Shown here: positions 1 through 8,867 of the stretch, one piece after another | How positions within the stretch are numbered: the first letter of the stretch is position 1 | Layout: each line of letters begins with the position of its first letter | Assembly: GCA_045616285.1 (NCBI GenBank) | Contig: JAZLGM010000089.1 | Coordinates: 2,914-66,913 of the forward strand | Length of the DNA stretch: 64,000 bases | Direction of reading: 5' to 3' | DNA from: Ruminococcus sp. | Lineage (GTDB): Bacteria; Bacillota; Clostridia; Oscillospirales; Ruminococcaceae | The notes under the pieces: model-generated | Database searches by the model: none | Told to the model about the DNA's origin: nothing | What the model saw: only the letters and a program-made list of their open reading frames with translations | Program-made: the position numbers and the translations under genes

Positions 1-1122
1 TCTGAAAACAGCGTAACTTATTCAACTGACGGTTTCGGAAATATACTTCTTGGTGACGGAAAGTCTGTTATCCGAAGCGATGCCGAAAAAACGGGAGTTG
101 TTACGACAATTGATTCACATATACAGGAGATATGCGAAAGATTCGGAAAAGACACAGGAAAGGGAGCTGTTATTGTTTCAGATGTAAAAAGCGGTGATAT
201 ATTAGGACTTGCAAGTTTTCCCGAATACAGAATAGATGAACTTGAAAAGGCAGTCAGCAATGAAAACAGTCCGCTGATTAACAGAGCGTTATATTCATAC
301 AGCGTCGGTTCTGTTTTTAAACTTGTTACAGCCTGTGAGGGAATAAAAGAGGGATATGGAAACTATATTTATTCTTGTATCGGAAATACCGACATATCAG
401 GGCAGAATTTCAATTGTCACAAATATGACGGTCATGGTATTCAGAATATGAATGAGGCAATGAAAAACTCATGCAACACTTATTTTATAAATATGAGCCG
501 TTCTTTTGATGTTCACAGATTCCGGGAACTTGCACGTTCATTCGGATTCGGAAGAGAAATATATCTTTGCGCAGGAATGACTGCATCCGCCGGGGTGCTT
601 CCCGATGAGGATGAATTACAGCTTCCTGCTGAACTCGCAAATTTTTCATTCGGACAGGGAAAATTGTCTGCTACGCCTTTACAGATTAATCAGTTTACCT
701 GTGCAATTGCAAACAGAGGTGAACTGCCGATGCTTCGCATAATAAGAGGATTTACTTATGATGGAGAAACGGTATCTGATGAAAAATCAACTTCAAAATC
801 AAGGGCGGTTGACAGAGAGACAGCAGAAATTCTCAAAGATATGATGATTAGTGCTGTTAATGACAACAGTGAATCAAACGCTGTACCTTACAACGTCAAG
901 GCAGGTGCAAAAACTTCAACTGCACAGACAGGAAGATATGACAAAAGCGGGAATGAATACTGTCACGCATGGATAACAGGCTTCATTCCCGCAGATAAAC
1001 CCAGATATGCAATTACTGTTCTTGCTGAGGACGGGGGCTACGGAAATGAAGCCGCCGCTCCTGTATTCCGACATATAGCGGAAAATATCGCTGACTATGA
1101 TATTATTGAACTCAAGAATTAA
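1..1122 (+). CDS. Penicillin-binding protein, class B transpeptidase domain (5' end outside window)
   Basis: Frame 1 is open from base 1. It carries SxxK (GSVFK), SxN (SCN) and a KTG-like motif (AKTSTAQ) plus HAWITGF. The track's start at 448 is internal. Confidence 0.88.
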   Translation, partial: SENSVTYSTDGFGNILLGDGKSVIRSDAEKTGVVTTIDSHIQEICERFGKDTGKGAVIVSDVKSGDILGLASFPEYRIDELEKAVSNENSPLINRALYSYSVGSVFKLVTACEGIKEGYGNYIYSCIGNTDISGQNFNCHKYDGHGIQNMNEAMKNSCNTYFINMSRSFDVHRFRELARSFGFGREIYLCAGMTASAGVLPDEDELQLPAELANFSFGQGKLSATPLQINQFTCAIANRGELPMLRIIRGFTYDGETVSDEKSTSKSRAVDRETAEILKDMMISAVNDNSESNAVPYNVKAGAKTSTAQTGRYDKSGNEYCHAWITGFIPADKPRYAITVLAEDGGYGNEAAAPVFRHIAENIADYDIIELKN

Positions 1123-1152
1123 GGCGATACTGCGTATTCATTGTGAAAGACA

Positions 1153-2961
1153 TCAAATAAATGCTTGTTTCTTCAGAATAGCAGAGATAATTCTTCCGAG
1201 GATTGCAAGGTAGTTTATATCTGAAACCGCCCATTTTTTGAAACGGTCAATATAGCAGAATGAAATCATGCCCTTGATTATATTTTCATCCGTAATGAGA
1301 TACTGCACCGCACCGCCGATTTTTTCTTCTGAAAGTCTTACAAATGCGTTATCGTCACGCCCTTCAAGTTCGTTTACGTTGTCGATTACGAATATTCCGT
1401 CTCCTGAAAATCTTTCTGTATATCCGTTTGAAAACAGATAATCCGCATTTCTTGAAACAGCATTTCCGCAGCTGAGAATAAGATTCATTTCATTTCCTGC
1501 AAAAACACAGATATCATCAAGTTCAAGCTGTGAGCGTATCTGTTCAAGAAGTACCGAAATATCCGGAATTCTTCCGAAAACAAGATTTTCTGTAAGAGCC
1601 GAGACAAATGCAAGTGTATCTGATGTATCTTTTTTCAGGCTTAGAAAAGCTATTTTGTTATTTATATCCTTCTCAACAGGACCATGTTTTTCGATATCAT
1701 AGATTACGTAACGGTTTTTACCTTTTTGCTGTGCAATATACAGGGCTTTGTCTGCCTGCATAAAAAGTTCGTCATAACCTGAACTGTCAGTCGGATATGT
1801 TGAAACTCCCATTGAACAGGTCAGGCGGAAACTCTCGAAACGTCCCGAAAAAGCATATTCCGTATTTGTTCTGATTGCACGAAGAATTCCACGTAAATCT
1901 TCTTCGTCCTTTGTTCCTTCGAGAACAATAAGGAAACCTCCGCCGCTTATACGTCCTGCAATTCCACGTGTTCCGATTTCTTTTTTGACAATCGAGGCGA
2001 TGGTATAAATTACTTCATCACCGAAAAGATGACCGTAGCTGCTGTTTATTTCTGTGAAGTTATCTATATCGAGAATGACAAAATTAACATTATATGAAGG
2101 CTTGTTTTTGAGAATCTGCTCAGCAAAAGACGATACAGCACGCTTATTAAGAAGTCCCGAAAGGGAATCTCTGTTTGCTTCGAGTGCGAGATTTAAATCT
2201 TTTGCTTTCTGTCTTGAACTTATAACAGAAATAATGCCGCAGACTTTTTTTTCCATAGGATCGGAATAACGTGTTAATCCTCTGAAAAGACAGAGTTCCT
2301 TTGTCTTTCCGCCGGTAAGCACAGATGTTTCAAGTTCATAATCAAAACGGTATACACCGTTTCTTATATCTCGGCAAAGAGTGTTGAAAGTATCAATATA
2401 ACGTGAAAGCACATATCCTTCCTTCAATGCCCTGTCGTGCCATAATTCAAGAGGTTCTTCACAGATTACAATTTCACGGACACTGTCGAACATACATATT
2501 CTGATGTTTTTTGTTTCAAAACTGTATTCAAATGAAAGGTCGCTTACGAGACTCAGAGTATACAGATAGGATGAAATAGTTTTTTTTCCGCTGTGGACAA
2601 GTGATTCAAGAGAAAAAATATCATTAAGGTCTATTCTATAAAGAATTTCACCCTCCTGTGAACCTGATTCCTGTCTTACAGAAGCGAGAATCCATCGTTG
2701 TTCGCTGTTTGTGCCTGTCATTCTTATTACGGTTTTTCTTGTTTCACCGCTTTTTACATTTTCGATGCAGTCGGCAAGTTTCGCATAGTCATTGTCATCG
2801 ATTGTACGTCTTATTGAGTATATTACATCGTTTCCGAAATATGTGAAGAAGGCTTCGTCAGCGCTCATTGTGTGCAGACTTCTGTCAACAACAACTTTTC
2901 CTACATTGTATAAATTTTTATTGTTTAAATTATGATTAATAACAACTCCTCCTCTCTGCAT
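1153..2961 (-). CDS. GGDEF-domain protein with degenerate active site, N-terminal PAS-like and C-terminal GAF-like regions
   Basis: RDSLSGLLNK, DIDNF..IN..YGH..GD and ADKALY.A...GKN motifs. The signature reads SGGGF. The true start may be ATT at 2940. Confidence 0.85.
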   Translation of the reverse strand: MQRGGVVINHNLNNKNLYNVGKVVVDRSLHTMSADEAFFTYFGNDVIYSIRRTIDDNDYAKLADCIENVKSGETRKTVIRMTGTNSEQRWILASVRQESGSQEGEILYRIDLNDIFSLESLVHSGKKTISSYLYTLSLVSDLSFEYSFETKNIRICMFDSVREIVICEEPLELWHDRALKEGYVLSRYIDTFNTLCRDIRNGVYRFDYELETSVLTGGKTKELCLFRGLTRYSDPMEKKVCGIISVISSRQKAKDLNLALEANRDSLSGLLNKRAVSSFAEQILKNKPSYNVNFVILDIDNFTEINSSYGHLFGDEVIYTIASIVKKEIGTRGIAGRISGGGFLIVLEGTKDEEDLRGILRAIRTNTEYAFSGRFESFRLTCSMGVSTYPTDSSGYDELFMQADKALYIAQQKGKNRYVIYDIEKHGPVEKDINNKIAFLSLKKDTSDTLAFVSALTENLVFGRIPDISVLLEQIRSQLELDDICVFAGNEMNLILSCGNAVSRNADYLFSNGYTERFSGDGIFVIDNVNELEGRDDNAFVRLSEEKIGGAVQYLITDENIIKGMISFCYIDRFKKWAVSDINYLAILGRIISAILKKQAFI

Positions 2962-2965
2962 GAAC

Positions 2966-2995
2966 AGTATAACACATTAAAGACGGAATAGTCAA
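2966..2995 (-). promoter_or_regulatory. sigmaA-type promoter of the GGDEF gene
   Basis: TTGACT-18 bp-TATACT with extended -10 TG on the minus strand. Confidence 0.6.
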
Positions 2996-3041
2996 GAATT
3001 AAAAGAAATAACCTGTTAATTTAAATTTAATAATTACCGAC

Positions 3042-3070
3042 TTGAATTTATCATTGTTAAAGGTTATAAT
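3042..3070 (+). promoter_or_regulatory. sigmaA-type promoter of the AI-2E transporter
   Basis: TTGAAT-17 bp-TATAAT. Confidence 0.65.
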
Positions 3071-3120
3071 ATATATGCTGGAAACAGCGGATATTCAACA
3101 CAACATGACAGGAGGGTTAA

Positions 3121-4386
3121 ATGGATAAGAAAGAAATCAAACATTATGCGGTATTTTCGGCATTTGCAGTCATTGTATGTCTGATAGTACAGCATTTTTC
3201 AGTAATCGGAAAAGCTTTGACAATAGGATTAGGTGCATTCGTGCCTCTGCTGACAGGATGTGTCATTGCTTACATATTTAATATAATAATGTCAGCGTTT
3301 GAAAAAGGATATTTTCCGAGGAGCGAAAGCAAAGCTGCAAAACTTACAAGGAGACCTGCGTGTATAATACTTGCATTTGCAGTAGTCATATTGATGATTG
3401 TACTTGTACTGTATATAGTTATTCCTGAAATAATAACTGCACTTACGCTTTTGTTTCAGAATATTCCTCCGCTCATTGAGAAAGGCGGAGATTATGCAGT
3501 GTCAGTGTTCAATGAGTACCCTGAAATACAGGATGTGGTTGAGGATACCATTGAAGAATTCGATGTAAAATCACTTGACTGGGCAACCATAACGGAAAAA
3601 GCAACCGATTTTATTCAGAACGGTGTATTCGGCTTCATTTCGTCTGCATTGGGAATTATTGGAGCATTTGTTGCTACTACGACAAATATTGTTCTTGCGG
3701 TTATTTTTGCAATATATCTTCTTTCAAGAAAAGATAAACTCAGAACTGATACAGGCAGATTTATGAGAGCGTATATGAGTGAAAAGTCTAACCGCAGAAT
3801 TATCAAATTCTTTAAGACGGCGGATGAGACTTTCAGAAACTTCTTTATCGGACAGTTTGTTGAGGCAATTATAATAGGTTCTCTCTGTTTCATAGGAATG
3901 ACAGTTCTTGAACTTCCTTATACAGCTATGACGGGCGTAGTTGTAGGTGTTACAGCACTCATACCTGTTGTTGGTGCGTTTCTCGGAGCAGGAATAGGAG
4001 CATTTCTCATTTCAACTGAAGATCCTAAACAGGCACTTGTATTTCTTGTTTTTCTTGTGATTCTTCAGCAGTTTGAGACGAATATTATTTATCCAAAAGT
4101 GGTTGGAGAATCTGTTGGACTTCCCGGAATATGGGTTCTTGCATCAATTACAGTCGGCGGAGGTTTATTCGGAGTGGTGGGAATGCTTGTGAGTGTTCCG
4201 TTTGCTGCGACTGTTTACAGACTATACTTTGAAAATCTTGAATCAATAGAGAAAGCCAAAGGAACAGTTGTTGCGGAACGTGATGAAAAGACCGAAATTA
4301 ATAATGGAAAGAAACGTTCCGAAAAAACAGTCGGGAAGAAAAAAACAGTTTCAGAAAAGCCTGTTAATACAAAGAAAAAAAGATAA
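3121..4386 (+). CDS. AI-2E family transporter
   Basis: Multi-TM protein with LIPVVGAFLG and LQQFETNIIYPKVVG.SVGLP motifs; GGAGGG RBS. Confidence 0.9.
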   Translation: MDKKEIKHYAVFSAFAVIVCLIVQHFSVIGKALTIGLGAFVPLLTGCVIAYIFNIIMSAFEKGYFPRSESKAAKLTRRPACIILAFAVVILMIVLVLYIVIPEIITALTLLFQNIPPLIEKGGDYAVSVFNEYPEIQDVVEDTIEEFDVKSLDWATITEKATDFIQNGVFGFISSALGIIGAFVATTTNIVLAVIFAIYLLSRKDKLRTDTGRFMRAYMSEKSNRRIIKFFKTADETFRNFFIGQFVEAIIIGSLCFIGMTVLELPYTAMTGVVVGVTALIPVVGAFLGAGIGAFLISTEDPKQALVFLVFLVILQQFETNIIYPKVVGESVGLPGIWVLASITVGGGLFGVVGMLVSVPFAATVYRLYFENLESIEKAKGTVVAERDEKTEINNGKKRSEKTVGKKKTVSEKPVNTKKKR

Positions 4387-4492
4387 AAAAATTAAGAATG
4401 GATTTTTCTTGAACATTTTGCACAAACTATATATTGTGTGTTTTTGGAGAGAAATAAACAATATATTGATTGTGAATATTTAATTATTTTGA

Positions 4493-4524
4493 AAACGCCG
4501 CAATCAGCGGCGTTTGTATTTTTT
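4493..4524 (+). terminator. Probable intrinsic terminator after the AI-2E gene
   Basis: aaacgccgc-aatca-gcggcgttt followed by a T-rich run. Confidence 0.6.
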
Positions 4525-4585
4525 ATATAGTAAATACTTCATAATTCTGTACAAATTTTTTTGATAACTTTGGCTAACATTTAGA

Positions 4586-4614
4586 TTGACATTTCTATAT
4601 TATTGTGATATTAT
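4586..4614 (+). promoter_or_regulatory. sigmaA promoter of the pfl operon
   Basis: TTGACA-17 bp-TATTAT with extended -10 TG. Confidence 0.7.
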
Positions 4615-4651
4615 TATAGGAGTAAAATAATACAGAAGGAGCGAAAGTTCT

Positions 4652-6754
4652 ATGTTTAATACTGCAAATGCAAAACCACAGGGATGGGAAGGATTTGAGA
4701 CAGGCAGCTGGTGCGAGCGTGTTGATGTCCGTGACTTCATCCAGAAAAACTACACACCTTATGATGGTGATTCTTCATTCCTCGCTGAAGCAAGTGAGAA
4801 TACAAAATCACTCTGGGCAACAGTTCTTGATCTTATGAAGCAGGAGAGAGAAGCAGGCGGCGTTCTTGATATGGACACTAAGGTTGTTTCTTCACTCGTT
4901 TCACACGATGCAGGCTACATCAACAAGGATCTTGAGCAGATTGTTGGTCTCCAGACAGACAAGCCTTTCAAGAGAGCTCTTATGCCATACGGCGGTCTCA
5001 ACATGGCTGCTAAGGCTTGCTCAGACAACGGCTACGAGGTTGATGATGAAATTAAGCACATTTTCTCAGAATACAGAAAGACACACAATCAGGGTGTATT
5101 TGATGTATACAATGCTGAGATGAGAGCTGCGAGATCAAACAAGATTCTTACAGGTCTTCCGGATGCTTACGGAAGAGGTCGTATCATCGGTGACTACAGA
5201 AGAGTTGCTCTCTACGGTATCGATCTTCTTATCGAAGACAAGAAGGCTCAGAAGGAATTCTATACATGTCCTATGACAGAGGAAAAAATCAGAGCAAGAG
5301 AAGAAATTTCTGATCAGCTCAGAGCTCTTGAGAACCTCAAGAAAATGGCTGAAATCTATGGCTGCGATATTTCCAAGCCTGCTACAACAGCTAAGGAAGC
5401 TGTACAGGCTGTATATTTCGGTTACCTTGCTGCTGTTAAGGATCAGAATGGTGCTGCTATGTCTATCGGACGTACATCAACATTCCTTGATATCTACTTC
5501 GAGAGAGATATGAAGAATGGAATCCTCACAGAGGAACAGGCTCAGGAAATCATTGACCACTTCATCATGAAGCTCCGTCTTGTTCGTTTCGCAAGAACAC
5601 CTGAGTACAATTCACTCTTCTCAGGCGATCCACAGTGGGTAACTGAGTCAATCGGTGGTATCGGTATTGATGGCAGACACATGGTTACAAAGAACAGTTT
5701 CCGTTATCTCCATACTCTTACAAACCTCGGACCTTCACCAGAGCCAAACCTTACAATTCTTTGGTCAACAAAGCTCCCAAGAGGTTTCAAGGAGTTTGCT
5801 GCTTCAATGTCAATCGCTACATCTTCAATTCAGTATGAGAACGATGATATGATGCGTGTAACTCATGGTGATGACTATGCAATTGCATGCTGCGTATCTT
5901 CAATGAGAGTTGGTAAGGAAATGCAGTTCTTCGGCGCAAGAGCTAACCTCGCTAAGTGTCTCCTTTACGCTATCAACGGCGGTATTGATGAGAAGACAGG
6001 TGTACAGGTTGGTCCTGAGTATCGTCCTATCGAAGATGAATACCTTGATTACAAGACAGTAATGAAGAAGTACGATAAGATGATGGACTGGCTCGCTAAG
6101 CTCTACGTTGATACACTTAACTGCATCCACTATATGCACGATAAGTACTGCTATGAAAGTCTCCAGATGGCTCTTCATGACAGAGAAGTTAAGAGATACT
6201 TTGCTACAGGTGTTGCAGGTCTCTCAGTTGTTGCTGACTCACTTTCAGCTATCAAGTACGCTAAGGTTAAGGTAATCCGTGGCGATGTTGAGATTAAGAA
6301 GAAGGGCGAAGTTGTTGGCGTTGCTAAGAATATTGCTGTTGACTATGAAGTTGAGGGCGAATTCCCTAAGTATGGTAACAACGACGACAGAGTTGACAAG
6401 ATTGCAGTTGAAATTCTTGAGAACTTCATGAACAAGATTCGTCAGCAGCACTGCTACAGAAACGGTGTTCCTACAACTTCAATTCTCACAATTACTTCAA
6501 ATGTTGTTTATGGTAAGAACACAGGTTCTACACCTGACGGACGTAAGGTTGGCGTTCCGCTCGCTCCTGGTGCAAACCCGATGCATGGTCGTGATACTCA
6601 CGGTGCATCTGCTTCACTCGCATCAGTTGCTAAGCTCCCATTCCTTGATGCTCAGGATGGTATTTCAAATACATTCTCAGTTATCCCTGATGCGCTCGGT
6701 AAAGATATGCAGGTATTTGCAGGCGATATCGACCTTGAGAACTTCAACGGTTAA
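4652..6754 (+). CDS. pflB: Pyruvate formate-lyase catalytic barrel lacking the C-terminal glycyl-radical domain
   Basis: [28 protein letters not shown], active-site AIACCVS and DGISNTFS motifs. It stops about 15 aa after ALGKD and has no RVSGY. Highly biased codon usage. Confidence 0.95.
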   Translation: MFNTANAKPQGWEGFETGSWCERVDVRDFIQKNYTPYDGDSSFLAEASENTKSLWATVLDLMKQEREAGGVLDMDTKVVSSLVSHDAGYINKDLEQIVGLQTDKPFKRALMPYGGLNMAAKACSDNGYEVDDEIKHIFSEYRKTHNQGVFDVYNAEMRAARSNKILTGLPDAYGRGRIIGDYRRVALYGIDLLIEDKKAQKEFYTCPMTEEKIRAREEISDQLRALENLKKMAEIYGCDISKPATTAKEAVQAVYFGYLAAVKDQNGAAMSIGRTSTFLDIYFERDMKNGILTEEQAQEIIDHFIMKLRLVRFARTPEYNSLFSGDPQWVTESIGGIGIDGRHMVTKNSFRYLHTLTNLGPSPEPNLTILWSTKLPRGFKEFAASMSIATSSIQYENDDMMRVTHGDDYAIACCVSSMRVGKEMQFFGARANLAKCLLYAINGGIDEKTGVQVGPEYRPIEDEYLDYKTVMKKYDKMMDWLAKLYVDTLNCIHYMHDKYCYESLQMALHDREVKRYFATGVAGLSVVADSLSAIKYAKVKVIRGDVEIKKKGEVVGVAKNIAVDYEVEGEFPKYGNNDDRVDKIAVEILENFMNKIRQQHCYRNGVPTTSILTITSNVVYGKNTGSTPDGRKVGVPLAPGANPMHGRDTHGASASLASVAKLPFLDAQDGISNTFSVIPDALGKDMQVFAGDIDLENFNG

Positions 6755-6759
6755 TTGAA

Positions 6760-6987
6760 ATGGAAGATAAAGAAATCGAAAAAACTACTATTCCGGCTTC
6801 TACAGATGCGGCAGAACTTGCTGATATGATTGACAAGCTCATGTCGGGTGGAAACGGATCGGTTAATATAACAGCTCTCGAACAGGGGGAAGGCTTCACC
6901 GTTACTACTGTACGTTCAAGAGAATGCAATGGTAAGAAGGGTGCATGCTGTCAGCCAACAGAGCTTGAAACCCCTGACGAAGACTAA
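6760..6987 (+). CDS. 75-aa acidic hypothetical protein inside the pfl operon, with a C-x6-CC motif
   Basis: Starts 5 nt after the pflB stop and its stop lies just before the grcA RBS, so it fills the gap exactly. No clear SD, so translational coupling is likely. Confidence 0.7.
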   Translation: MEDKEIEKTTIPASTDAAELADMIDKLMSGGNGSVNITALEQGEGFTVTTVRSRECNGKKGACCQPTELETPDED

Positions 6988-7003
6988 CAGGAGGTAATTT
7001 ATT

Positions 7004-7243
7004 ATGGCAAGTGAAAAGCAGATCGATAATCTCATCGAACTCCTCGATGGTTACGCAGTTAAGGGTGGTCACCACCTCAACGTAAACGTTCTTAACAGAG
7101 AGACACTTCTCGATGCTCAGCAGCATCCTGAGAACTACCCACAGCTCACAATCAGAGTTTCTGGTTATGCTGTAAACTTCATCAAGCTCACAAAAGAGCA
7201 GCAGGATGATGTAATTTCAAGAACATTCCACGCATCACTTTAA
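7004..7243 (+). CDS. grcA: Autonomous glycyl-radical domain (GrcA/YfiD-like; the separated C-terminus of PFL)
   Basis: [35 protein letters not shown]; own AGGAGG RBS. Confidence 0.93.
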   Translation: MASEKQIDNLIELLDGYAVKGGHHLNVNVLNRETLLDAQQHPENYPQLTIRVSGYAVNFIKLTKEQQDDVISRTFHASL

Positions 7244-7252
7244 TTTAATAAT

Positions 7253-7287
7253 AAAAACCCTGAGAATCTTGATTCTCAGGGTTTTTT
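7253..7287 (+). terminator. Intrinsic terminator of the pfl operon (potentially bidirectional)
   Basis: aaaaaccctgagaatc-tt-gattctcagggtttttt. Confidence 0.9.
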
Positions 7288-7297
7288 GTATGAATAC

Positions 7298-7332
7298 AAA
7301 AAGCGGGATAACCCTGGAAAGGGTTATCCCGT
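7298..7332 (-). terminator. Intrinsic terminator of gltX
   Basis: gcgggataaccct-ggaa-agggttatcccgt with an A-tract on the left (U-tract on the minus strand). Confidence 0.85.
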
Positions 7333-7337
7333 TAGTT

Positions 7338-8786
7338 TTAAAACTCACTTATTGCAAGTTTAATTCTTGAAATTGATTCTTCCTTGCCGAATACTTCCAT
7401 AAGTTCAGTTGCACCGCCAGGGGTAACTGACTGACGAGCAATAGCAATTCTTACAGCCCACATTACAGCACCTGCTTTGATTTCCTTTGATGCTGAATAA
7501 TCTTTCAGAAGAGCAAAGAGAGTATCATTGTCCCATGATTCGCAGTTTTCAAGAAGTGGGAGACATTCTTCAAGAATTCCCTGACACAGTTCAGGAGTTG
7601 TCTTGTTTTTCTTGTTTGTGTAGAGTGATGAGTCCATTTCAAGTCTTGATGTAACAAAACCAATCATATCAGCAATTTCGCTGAATGTTGAAATTCTGCT
7701 GTGAAGAAGTGAAGCAAGTTTCTTTGTATCAACATTTGCAGGGCAAAGTGATTCAAGGACAGGTATTGCCTTTTCCTCATATTTGTCATCAGCCATTCTC
7801 TTGATGTATTCGGAATTGAACCATTTGAGTTTTTCATAGTCGAATACTGCAGGTGACTTACTGAGACCTTCAAGTGAGAAGCTTTCTTTCAATTCATCCA
7901 TTGTGAAGAATTCTTCGTTTGTATCTTTAGGACACCATCCGAGGAGGGCAATGTAATTAACGATTGCTTCGGGGAGGTAACCATTGTCTGTGAGGTCCTT
8001 AAAGCTTACTGCACCATGTCTCTTTGAGAGCTTTGAAACATTACCGTCAGCATCTTTACCCATAAGAAGCGGGAGATGAACGTAAGTCGGTCTGTCCCAT
8101 CCGTAAGCATCATAAAGGAGGCAGTATTTTGGTGTCGAAGTGAGATATTCATTTCCTCTTACAACGTGAGTTACACCCATGAGGTGGTCATCAACAACGT
8201 GACAGAAATTGTAAGTCGGATATCCGTCAGCCTTAATGAGAATCTGATCTCTGAGTTCGGAATTGTCAATTGAAACCTCACCATATACAACGTCATTATA
8301 CGATGTTGTACCCTCAGAAGGCATTTTCTGACGGATAACATAAGGTACTCCGTTTTCAAGATTCTGCTTTACTTCCTCAGCTGAAAGTGTGCGGCAATGA
8401 CCGTCATATCCGCCGATACCCTTATCATCTTTAAGAGATTCAAGTCTTTCAGCAGTACAGAAACAATAGTATGCAACACCTTTATCTATGAGTTTCTGAG
8501 CATATTCCTGATAGATTTCAAGTCTTTCGCTCTGAATGTAAGGACCATTTTCACCACCGACATTCGGACCTTCGTCATAGTTTATTCCTGTTGTTGCAAG
8601 TGTGTCAATAATAACGTCTGTTGCACCTTCAACAAGTCTTACCTGGTCTGTATCTTCGATTCGGAGAATGAATTTTCCTCCCTGTGATTTAGCGACGAGG
8701 TATGAATAAAGTGCTGTTCTGAGATTTCCGATGTGCATGAATCCTGTTGGAGAAGGGGCAAATCGAGTTGTAATTATGTCTGACAT
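7338..8786 (-). CDS. gltX: Glutamate--tRNA ligase
   Basis: RFAPSPTGFMHIGN (HIGH-like) and KLSKR (KMSKS-like) motifs. Confidence 0.97.
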   Translation of the reverse strand: MSDIITTRFAPSPTGFMHIGNLRTALYSYLVAKSQGGKFILRIEDTDQVRLVEGATDVIIDTLATTGINYDEGPNVGGENGPYIQSERLEIYQEYAQKLIDKGVAYYCFCTAERLESLKDDKGIGGYDGHCRTLSAEEVKQNLENGVPYVIRQKMPSEGTTSYNDVVYGEVSIDNSELRDQILIKADGYPTYNFCHVVDDHLMGVTHVVRGNEYLTSTPKYCLLYDAYGWDRPTYVHLPLLMGKDADGNVSKLSKRHGAVSFKDLTDNGYLPEAIVNYIALLGWCPKDTNEEFFTMDELKESFSLEGLSKSPAVFDYEKLKWFNSEYIKRMADDKYEEKAIPVLESLCPANVDTKKLASLLHSRISTFSEIADMIGFVTSRLEMDSSLYTNKKNKTTPELCQGILEECLPLLENCESWDNDTLFALLKDYSASKEIKAGAVMWAVRIAIARQSVTPGGATELMEVFGKEESISRIKLAISEF

Positions 8787-8820
8787 TTTGTATTCCTTTC
8801 TTCCCGAAAAATCGGAAAAT

Positions 8821-8853
8821 AAAATTGCAGGGACGACGGGTTGCCGTCCCTAC
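8821..8853 (-). terminator. Stem-loop/terminator after putP
   Basis: Minus strand gtagggacggc-aaccc-gtcgtccctgc then aatttt. Confidence 0.55.
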
Positions 8854-8867
8854 TTATTAGTTATTTG

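Noticed and set aside
4405-4580. Rex operator upstream of pfl (TTGTGAA and GCACAA half-sites)
   Set aside because: Only half-sites match TTGTGAA-N4-TTCACAA; in AT-rich DNA this cannot be supported without a PWM scan.
4652-6754. pflB as a pseudogene
   Set aside because: Active-site motifs, strong codon bias, promoter and the separately encoded radical domain are all intact.
6707-7012. Possible intron, intein or ribosomal bypass rejoining pflB and grcA (both are in the same reading frame)
   Set aside because: No group I/II intron or intein motifs are visible. grcA has its own strong RBS and ATG, and the gap holds a coherent ORF. A shared frame has a 1-in-3 chance.
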